The notes under the pieces are model-generated. The model saw only the letters and a list, made by a program, of their open reading frames with translations. It searched no databases and was not told the DNA's origin. Positions 56,957 through 64,000 of a stretch of 64,000 nt of DNA are shown piece after piece. Each line of letters begins with the position of its first letter. Positions within the stretch are counted from its first letter, which is position 1. The DNA lies in NCBI GenBank assembly GCA_050633245.1, contig JBOEGD010000010.1, positions 93,987 to 157,986 on the forward strand, read 5' to 3'. The stretch is from Calditrichia bacterium. Lineage in GTDB: Bacteria > Calditrichota > Calditrichia > RBG-13-44-9 > J075. The position numbers and the translations under genes are program-made.

Positions 56957-57012
56957 AAAAAGAGCCGCTGCTCAAAGACACATTCCATAAAACGTGTTTC
57001 AAACAGCGGCTT
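56957..57012 (-). terminator. Long hairpin with U-tract between nqrF and apbE
   Basis: GCCGCTG.../...CAGCGGC outer stem extended by G-U pairs on the minus strand, followed by TCTTTTT. Confidence 0.55.
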
Positions 57013-57036
57013 CAAGTTCATACAGACTGCATTGGT

Positions 57037-58272
57037 TTATCCACCGAAGTCGTCGAAAAGAATGTTTTCCGGCTCAACGCCAAGATCATCAAGCATCTTC
57101 ATAACCGCTTCGTTCATCATTGGCGGCCCACAGATATAGTATTCACAGTCTTCCGGATTCGGATGATCCTTCAGATAGTTTTCCAACAGCACCATATGGA
57201 TAAAGCCGGTCGGCCCTGTCCAGTTATCTTCCGGCTGCGGCTCGGACATTGCCACATGCCATTCGAAATTCGGATTTTCCTTGGCAATTTTATTAAAATC
57301 GTCTTCATAGAACAGTTCACGATAGCTACGCGCACCATACCAGAAGCTGACCTTACGATCGGTATGAATACGATCGAACTGATCAAAGATATGCGAGCGC
57401 ATCGGAGCCATTCCGGCACCACCACCAACGAATACCATTTCGTTCTTGGTATCGCGGGCAAAAAACTCACCATAAGGACCGGAGATAATCACCTTATCAC
57501 CTGGCTTCAGGTCAAAAATATAGGAAGACATAATTCCCGGAGGTGCATCGGGTGCATGACGCGGCGGCGTAGCCACACGAACGTTCAGCATGATGATGCC
57601 TTTTTCTTCCGGATAGTTGGCCATTGAATAAGCGCGTACCACTTCTTCGGTTACGTTGGACTCATACTTCCACATATTGTATTTGTCCCAGTCGCCGCGG
57701 TATTCGTCTTCAATAATAAAGTTTTTATAAGATGCCTTGTGCGGCCCACATTCAATTTGAATATAGCCACCGGCACGAAAATCGACGTTTTCGCCTTCCG
57801 GCAATTCCAGAACGAGTTCCTTAATGAAAGTCGCTACGTTGTGGTTTGAGCGCACGGTACATTCCCACTTCTTGATCTCAAAGATCTCGTCGGGGACTTC
57901 AATCTTCATATCGCTCTTTACCGGAACCTGGCAGGAAAGTCGATAGTGCTCGCGCACTTCTCCGCGGCTAAGCTTGGATGTTTCTGTGGCAAGTACATCA
58001 CCACCACCCTCGGTGATAATCAGCTTACATTCGCCGCAGGTTCCACCACCACCACAGGCGGAGGGAATAAATATCTTCTGGGCTGCCAGTGCGTTAAGCA
58101 GCTTGTCGCCGACCGGCACACTGATGGTATGATCTGCACTATCGTTGATAACGATTTTCGCATCACCCTCAGCAACCAGTCTGGACTTGGCAAACAGCAC
58201 AACTGCTACCAGAATCAGTACGATTAGCGTAAACATAAACACGCTAAATGAAATTAGAGATAAGCCGTCCAT
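57037..58272 (-). CDS. nqrF: Na+-translocating NADH:quinone reductase subunit F
   Basis: [44 protein letters not shown] and DDFGG. Confidence 0.97.
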   Translation of the reverse strand: MDGLSLISFSVFMFTLIVLILVAVVLFAKSRLVAEGDAKIVINDSADHTISVPVGDKLLNALAAQKIFIPSACGGGGTCGECKLIITEGGGDVLATETSKLSRGEVREHYRLSCQVPVKSDMKIEVPDEIFEIKKWECTVRSNHNVATFIKELVLELPEGENVDFRAGGYIQIECGPHKASYKNFIIEDEYRGDWDKYNMWKYESNVTEEVVRAYSMANYPEEKGIIMLNVRVATPPRHAPDAPPGIMSSYIFDLKPGDKVIISGPYGEFFARDTKNEMVFVGGGAGMAPMRSHIFDQFDRIHTDRKVSFWYGARSYRELFYEDDFNKIAKENPNFEWHVAMSEPQPEDNWTGPTGFIHMVLLENYLKDHPNPEDCEYYICGPPMMNEAVMKMLDDLGVEPENILFDDFGG

Positions 58273-58289
58273 CTATCAATATCCTCTGA

Positions 58290-58898
58290 TTAGAGTTGGA
58301 TTCCCGAGAATAACATGAAGGCAATAGCCATCAGTCCTACAGTAATGAAGGTAATGCCCAGGCCGCGAAGCCCTTCAGGTACATTTGAGTATTTCATTTT
58401 TTCACGGATACCGGCCAGCGCCACGATTGCCAGAGCAAATCCGACACCGGATCCGATTCCAAACACAACACTTTCATTAAACGTATAGTCACGATCTACC
58501 ATAAACAGCGTTCCACCGAGAATGGCGCAGTTTACTGTAATCAACGGCAGGAAGATTCCCAGAGCATTATATAATGAGGGAATATACTTATCCAGCGTCA
58601 TTTCCAGAATCTGTACCGAGGCCGCAATTACACCAATGTAGGTAATCAATCCCAGAAAGCTGAGATCTACACCCGGCAAACCAGCCCAGGTTAATGCGCC
58701 TTCTCGAAGCACCGAATTGTAGAAGAAATTGTTGATCGGAACGGTAAGTGTCTGAACAACAACAACAGCTATACCAAGACCAAAAGCGGTTTCAACCTGC
58801 TTGGAGACAGCGAGGAACGTACACATTCCCAGGAAGAAAGCCAGGGCCATATTTTCTACAAAGACCGCTGTTAAAAACAGGCTAAGATAATGCTCCAT
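58290..58898 (-). CDS. nqrE: Na+-NQR subunit E
   Basis: [24 protein letters not shown] and [10 protein letters not shown]. Confidence 0.96.
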   Translation of the reverse strand: MEHYLSLFLTAVFVENMALAFFLGMCTFLAVSKQVETAFGLGIAVVVVQTLTVPINNFFYNSVLREGALTWAGLPGVDLSFLGLITYIGVIAASVQILEMTLDKYIPSLYNALGIFLPLITVNCAILGGTLFMVDRDYTFNESVVFGIGSGVGFALAIVALAGIREKMKYSNVPEGLRGLGITFITVGLMAIAFMLFSGIQL

Positions 58899-58900
58899 GA

Positions 58901-59521
58901 TTATGCCTCCTCTACTTGCTCAGGCTTCCACGTGCGGATAGCCCAGATCATCAATCCAATAATAATAAAGGCGCTCGGAGAGAGGACAAACAAACCGTTA
59001 GCCTCGTACCAGCCTCCTTCACTCGTCAACGGCATAATAGAATAGCCAAACAACTTGCCAGAGCCGAACAGCTCGCGAAAGAAACCGACAACAAGCAGAA
59101 CAAAACTATAGCCAAGCCCGTTGCCCAATCCGTCTACAATACTGGGAATTACCGGGTTTTTCAACGCATAAGCCTCAGCGCGTCCCATAATAATACAGTT
59201 GGTAATAATCAGGCCAACATAAACAGACAGCTGTTTACTCACGTCAAAAGCATACGCTTTAATGAGCTGATCGGCGATAATTACCAGTGAGGCAATAATG
59301 GTCATTTCAACCAAAATGCGAATGCTACCGGGAATGTAGTTGCGAATAAAACTTACGGCTACATTGGACAGCGTCAGCACAAAGATTACTGCCAGAGCCA
59401 TCACAACCGAGGTTTCCATCTTCGACGTTACCGCCAGCGCAGAACAGATTCCCAATATTTGCAGCCCGATCGGGTTGTTGTTAAATACCGGATCGAGTAA
59501 CTGTTTCGTATATTTAGACAC
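58901..59521 (-). CDS. nqrD: Na+-NQR subunit D
   Basis: [17 protein letters not shown] and [16 protein letters not shown]; GTG start at 59521. Confidence 0.95.
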   Translation of the reverse strand: MSKYTKQLLDPVFNNNPIGLQILGICSALAVTSKMETSVVMALAVIFVLTLSNVAVSFIRNYIPGSIRILVEMTIIASLVIIADQLIKAYAFDVSKQLSVYVGLIITNCIIMGRAEAYALKNPVIPSIVDGLGNGLGYSFVLLVVGFFRELFGSGKLFGYSIMPLTSEGGWYEANGLFVLSPSAFIIIGLMIWAIRTWKPEQVEEA

Positions 59522-60314
59522 CTTCAGCCTCCTTTCGGAGTTTATCGATGTAAGGGCCATAGCCATCATCACCAAGCCAGTACTTTAGCATGGTATCCAA
59601 CCCGCGAGTTGTTATCGTTGCACCAGAGAGGCCATCAATCTGATTATTGGCACCATCTTTCGACGGGTCCACTTTACCTTTCAGCACGGTAATAATGATC
59701 TCATTCTGCTCGTTGAAGGCATCTTTCCCCTTCCAGGAAGCCTTCCACTGCGGGTTATCAATCTCACCACCAAGCCCAGGCGTTTCGCCATGCTCATAGA
59801 ACGTAATACCTTTAATGGTTTTCAGATCGCTGCCAAGCGCCAAGAAGCCATACATGGTAGACCAGAGTCCTTTACCGTAGATCGGCAAGATAATCTTATC
59901 GAGATTCCCGGCATCATCCACCACTTTGTAAACAGCAACCTTGGTAGGAACGCGCTTGATGCTCGCAATATCTTCTGCGGAGGTCAACGCTCTACCATAT
60001 GTATCGTCACCCATAACCTTTTGAATATTGTATTCATTCGGATCTAGAAGGCCGGTCTGTGCATCTTTAGCCATTAGCTGATCGGTTTCCAGATCGAGCA
60101 TTTGCGGCTTAACTTTCTCGGTGTAAACTTTCTCGAGCGTGGCAGGATTTACATCGAGCTCGCCAGCCAGAAGGATGTTTTTGATCTTATCCAAACGACG
60201 ATTTTCCGTCTGAATAGGATTGAGTGCTACGGCTGCGGCTGCTACGAGAAAGGAGCAGACCAGACACACACCGAGGGCAACCGTAACGGTGCCTTTAATT
60301 GTGTTAACTTGCAT
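59514..60314 (-). CDS. nqrC: Na+-NQR subunit C
   Basis: [21 protein letters not shown] and FMN-attachment motif DGLSGATIT. Confidence 0.95.
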   Translation of the reverse strand: MQVNTIKGTVTVALGVCLVCSFLVAAAAVALNPIQTENRRLDKIKNILLAGELDVNPATLEKVYTEKVKPQMLDLETDQLMAKDAQTGLLDPNEYNIQKVMGDDTYGRALTSAEDIASIKRVPTKVAVYKVVDDAGNLDKIILPIYGKGLWSTMYGFLALGSDLKTIKGITFYEHGETPGLGGEIDNPQWKASWKGKDAFNEQNEIIITVLKGKVDPSKDGANNQIDGLSGATITTRGLDTMLKYWLGDDGYGPYIDKLRKEAEGV

Positions 60315-61509
60315 TTCGGAGTGCTCTCCTCTTGATATTTTGATTGATGACTACTTTATCAATAATTGGGGAGAAGACATTTCCAAACAGAATTGCCAAC
60401 ATCATGCCTTCCGGAAAAGCGGGATTAATCACGCGAATCAGCACACACATCGCGCCGATCAACAATCCATAATAAACCTGTCCTTTTGCTGTCATTGCAG
60501 CACTAACCGGATCGGTTGCCATAAATACACAGCCAAAGGCGAAGCCACCAACAACCAGGTGCCAGTGCCACGGCATAGCGAACATCGGATTGGTTTCGCT
60601 GCCGGCAAAGTTCAGTAGAAAGGCGAATCCGATTGTCCCAAGTACCACGCTGAGCATAATTCGCCACGAGCCGACCCCGCTAAATATCAGGAATCCAGCT
60701 CCAAGTAAACAGGCGAGCGCAGATGTTTCTCCCATCGATCCGGGAACAAAGCCCAGAAACGAGTCCATCCACGAGAATGTTGTCGTGCCCATCGTAGGAT
60801 CGGCAAATTGTGAAAGTGCCGTTGCCTGACTTACGCCATCTACAGCAACCCAAACCGCATCGCCACTAATCTGCGCCGGATAGGCGAAGAAGAGAAATGC
60901 ACGGCCGGTAAGCGCCGGGTTCAGAATATTCATACCCGTTCCACCAAATACCTCTTTACCGATCACCACACCAAAAACAATCCCCATTCCTACCTGCCAA
61001 TAAGGAATATCCGGCGGAAGGGTTAGCGGGAAAAGCATACTGGTAACCAGAAAGCCTTCATTAATCTCATGCTTTCTAACCAACGCAAAGATCGCTTCAA
61101 ATCCACCACCGACGGCCAGCGTTACGAAATAAACCGGTAGAAAATAGAGTGAACCATGCGCCATACAGGCAATGATGTCTGAAGGATCAATTCCGATACC
61201 CAGTGCGGACAGAATCGGACCGCGCCAGTTTGGAATTTCAGCCATTCCCATCTTCTGCATCATCAGGTTTGCCTGATAGCCGGTATTATAGAGAGCCATT
61301 AAGATTGCCGGAACAAGGGCAATCACAACTGTCATCATCACCCGCTTCAGATCCATTACGTCGCGAACATGTGCATCCTGACGCGTAGGCTTTCCGGGGG
61401 TGAACATAAAGGATTCAGCTGCTTCATAGAGCGGGTAGAGATTTTCAAGCTTTCCACCGTCGACGAAGTGCTTTTCCTGTTTGCCGAGAAACTCTTTTAG
61501 GAACTTCAC
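60304..61509 (-). CDS. nqrB: Na+-NQR subunit B
   Basis: [33 protein letters not shown] (FMN site), GSMGETS and MATDPVS. Confidence 0.95.
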   Translation of the reverse strand: MKFLKEFLGKQEKHFVDGGKLENLYPLYEAAESFMFTPGKPTRQDAHVRDVMDLKRVMMTVVIALVPAILMALYNTGYQANLMMQKMGMAEIPNWRGPILSALGIGIDPSDIIACMAHGSLYFLPVYFVTLAVGGGFEAIFALVRKHEINEGFLVTSMLFPLTLPPDIPYWQVGMGIVFGVVIGKEVFGGTGMNILNPALTGRAFLFFAYPAQISGDAVWVAVDGVSQATALSQFADPTMGTTTFSWMDSFLGFVPGSMGETSALACLLGAGFLIFSGVGSWRIMLSVVLGTIGFAFLLNFAGSETNPMFAMPWHWHLVVGGFAFGCVFMATDPVSAAMTAKGQVYYGLLIGAMCVLIRVINPAFPEGMMLAILFGNVFSPIIDKVVINQNIKRRALRNAS

Positions 61510-62864
61510 TAGCCTTCCTTCTGTATAGTCGTTAAATTTTTTCTTAACATTGGACCGTATTCCAGTTTAGACTGGCATACAAAGGTGCAGAGTGCTAAAT
61601 CTTCTTCATCGAGTTCCAACGCACCGAGCTTTTCAGCATCGTCTACGTCGTCTACTGCAAGAGCACGCAGCAAATAGGTCGGGATAATATCGAGAGGCAT
61701 AACGCGCTCGTAGTTTCCGATTGGCACAATCGCGCGCTTACCGCCATTAACGGCGGTTGTAAAGTCAAACTTCTTGCCAAATGAAAGGCGCGAGAAAACG
61801 AGGTTCAGAATCGAGAATTTTCCGATAAATGGATTAATCCAGCCCAGAAATTCTTTCTCCGTGCCCTCTTCCAGCACCGTCACCTGCTGGTGATAGCGTC
61901 CCAAATAAGGAACCAAATCGGCAGCCGTTCGTCCGGAAAAGACAGATCCGGAGATAATACGTTTGTTACCATCTTTTAATTCACCAGCTGTCAATTCTGT
62001 CAGAGAAGCGCCAATACGGGTATTTAGCAACCGTGGTGACGTTACGCCAGGTCCGGCAAGTGAAACAACGCGCTTTACATCGAGCGTACCGTTGACAAAG
62101 AGTGAACCAATCGCAATGACGTCTTGTATACCGATGTACCAGGAAATTCTCTTGCGACTTACAGGTGCAAGAAAGTGCATGTGCGTTCCGGCATTTCCAG
62201 CCGGGTGCGGACCCTGAAAGTCTTCAACCTTCACATTGGAAACGCCGCTATCGGGGAGTTTGGTCTCGGGTGCTTTAGCTACATAAACACTACCTTCGGT
62301 AAGTTTGGAAATAACGCGAAGACCATTCACCAGTTTCTTCTCATTACCATCGATCAGTTTTTGAACTGATGGAGCGAGTGGATTGGTATCCATTGCCGTA
62401 ACAAAAACAGCGTGAGCCGTTCCGGCAGGATCAGCCACCATGCTAAACGGGCGCATGCGAAGGGATGTCCACATCCCGGTTGCTACCAGATGCTTCACCA
62501 CATCTTCACGGGTCAGACTGTTCAGCTTATCTTCATCGAATTTTTCGAACTCAATCGCTTCTTCCTTACCGGCAAGTTCGATAACCAACGATTTGAAGGC
62601 TCGCTTTGCACCGCGGTTAACCTCAACAACCTTTCCTGCTGCAGGCGAAGTGTGGCGAATCAGTGGATTTTTTTTATCAGTAAAGAGCAGCTGACCGATT
62701 TTTACATCATCGCCAACCTTTACTTCCATTGTTGGCTTCATGCCGATGTAATCATCCCCCAGCACGGCAACCCGTCGCAGAGCTTTTCCATCCTGAATGG
62801 AATCCTGCACAGGCTCTCCGGCTATAGGAAGATCTAATCCCTTGCGAATTCGTGTGATGCCCAT
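61509..62864 (-). CDS. nqrA: Na+-NQR subunit A
   Basis: [29 protein letters not shown] and [15 protein letters not shown]. Confidence 0.95.
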   Translation of the reverse strand: MGITRIRKGLDLPIAGEPVQDSIQDGKALRRVAVLGDDYIGMKPTMEVKVGDDVKIGQLLFTDKKNPLIRHTSPAAGKVVEVNRGAKRAFKSLVIELAGKEEAIEFEKFDEDKLNSLTREDVVKHLVATGMWTSLRMRPFSMVADPAGTAHAVFVTAMDTNPLAPSVQKLIDGNEKKLVNGLRVISKLTEGSVYVAKAPETKLPDSGVSNVKVEDFQGPHPAGNAGTHMHFLAPVSRKRISWYIGIQDVIAIGSLFVNGTLDVKRVVSLAGPGVTSPRLLNTRIGASLTELTAGELKDGNKRIISGSVFSGRTAADLVPYLGRYHQQVTVLEEGTEKEFLGWINPFIGKFSILNLVFSRLSFGKKFDFTTAVNGGKRAIVPIGNYERVMPLDIIPTYLLRALAVDDVDDAEKLGALELDEEDLALCTFVCQSKLEYGPMLRKNLTTIQKEG

Positions 62865-62977
62865 AATATCCTCTTGGAGATACTTGTTTATATATTGTCT
62901 GTTTAATGCATTTGCGTCAACAGGCAGCTAAGTTCTTTTATTATCGTTTCAATGGATCAAAATCTAAGTCAGCTACG

Positions 62978-63005
62978 AATTTAATTTATTGAACATCATT
63001 GTCAA
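62978..63005 (-). promoter_or_regulatory. Possible sigma70 promoter of the nqr operon
   Basis: TTGACA-N16-TAAATT. Confidence 0.35.
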
Positions 63006-63183
63006 AGAAGATTGTGAAATAATTCTTTAAGCTTTTGCACAATTTTATGTTGTCATAATAGATAGTTTTGTCAGGATTGAGAGTCAGAAGCAGACTTTAT
63101 CAGGAATGCTGCTATTTTCATCGGCTGAAATTACACGTATTGAGGCGCTTTTCCAAGAATAAAGTGATAGAATTTGCAATCTT

Positions 63184-63909
63184 TTAGGAATCTAAAAGGT
63201 TAAACACGTTACGCGTCAACAACGGGCCGCGAAACCAAAACGGTTCAGCATAACGCACACCGGCCTTGAAGCCAAAATAGCTGGCACGTGATGTTATTGA
63301 ATCAAAATATCCCTGAGAGGAAATAAACGTTTCTTCTCCCTCATATTCCGGATTGTAAAACTGCGAACGATACGCCTTTATAGAAGCTACTTTGGTATCA
63401 AAATGTTCGCTGATATCGCTTACAATAAGCGCTGGGAAATCGGTGCTGACCATATAATAGAGAATCATTTCAGGTCTGAAAGGCTCACCCAGCCGAGGGC
63501 CTACCTTCCCTACCCCGCTATAAAAGCAGGACTCTCGCACCAGGTTACCGGCATGAATATGGTCCGGATGCCGGTCGTCCGGGTAGGGGGCAAAGACCAT
63601 TCGCGGACGCAGAGTGCGCAGAACACCAATCAGTTTAAGTCGATTTTCGTCGGTATCGCGAATTCCGGCATCGGAAATTTTTAGATTTTGCCGATGCTCA
63701 ACGTTTAAGACTTTTGCAGCATCCGCAGCTTCCTGATAGCGCTCTGCCACAGAACCACGCGTTCCCATCTCCCCTTCGGTAAGATCGACAATTGCCGTGC
63801 GTTTACCCAATGCAGCCAGCTTCGCCAATGTGCCACCACAGCCCAGCTCAACGTCGTCGGGGTGCGCGCCAAATGCAAGAATGTTAATCGATGATTGAGG
63901 GTCGTTCAT
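63184..63909 (-). CDS. bshB1: Bacillithiol biosynthesis deacetylase (PIG-L family)
   Basis: ILAFGAHPDDVELGCGGT, DLTEGEMGTRGS, DRHPDH, AYRSQF and YAEPF. Confidence 0.85.
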   Translation of the reverse strand: MNDPQSSINILAFGAHPDDVELGCGGTLAKLAALGKRTAIVDLTEGEMGTRGSVAERYQEAADAAKVLNVEHRQNLKISDAGIRDTDENRLKLIGVLRTLRPRMVFAPYPDDRHPDHIHAGNLVRESCFYSGVGKVGPRLGEPFRPEMILYYMVSTDFPALIVSDISEHFDTKVASIKAYRSQFYNPEYEGEETFISSQGYFDSITSRASYFGFKAGVRYAEPFWFRGPLLTRNVFNLLDS

Positions 63910-63980
63910 TTATGAGTCCTTTTTTGAAAGATAGATAAGAAGATAAGATGCTGGGGATAGTAAGGCAAGAACTGCTAGCT

Positions 63981-64000
63981 CAGAACACAGAACACAGAAC
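63981..64000. repeat. 7-bp tandem repeat (CAGAACA)n, truncated by the window end
   Basis: CAGAACA CAGAACA CAGAAC at the sequence end. Confidence 0.7.

Noticed and set aside
63012-63029. Rex operator upstream of nqrA (TTGTGAAATAATTCTTTA)
   Set aside because: The right half-site deviates from TTCACAA at several positions; too weak in AT-rich DNA

Overview
A gene-dense, mostly minus-strand chromosomal window from a bacterium that looks like an FCB-group lineage, probably Calditrichota-like and marine. That placement is inference from the NYPNPFNP-type C-terminal sorting domains, PorV, Na+-NQR and a K+-dependent membrane PPase. Most of the window is core genome: mobA/fdhD, tsaD, mutM, priA, rpsF-rpsR-rplI, tRNA-Gln-rplY-pth-hppA, recN, radA, methylmalonyl-CoA mutase with MeaB, radC, an MsbA-like ABC transporter with GT4 glycosyltransferases, nqrABCDEF-apbE and bshB1. 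No CRISPR array, prophage, IS element or rRNA is visible. The most interesting items are as follows. (1) A porV-led envelope cluster: PorV, an M6-like protein whose zinc motif is lost and which carries a sorting tail, a gluzincin/beta-propeller/barrel-like protein, and two DUF5683-like paralogs. It is preceded by a ~200-nt leader containing a sigma70-like promoter, a terminator with a competing structure, and a small uORF. (2) A mevalonate cluster with an HMG-CoA reductase::mevalonate kinase fusion and no HMG-CoA synthase. (3) An amber-interrupted GIY-YIG nuclease flanked by REP-like doublets, with solo copies of the repeat elsewhere in the window. (4) A ~280-bp relic of an FdhF/YdeP molybdoenzyme between fdhD and mobA, missed by the ORF track. 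(5) Intergenic 5-8-bp tandem repeats, mini-hairpins and a G-quadruplex motif. All product calls come from motif recognition by eye; no database searches were run.
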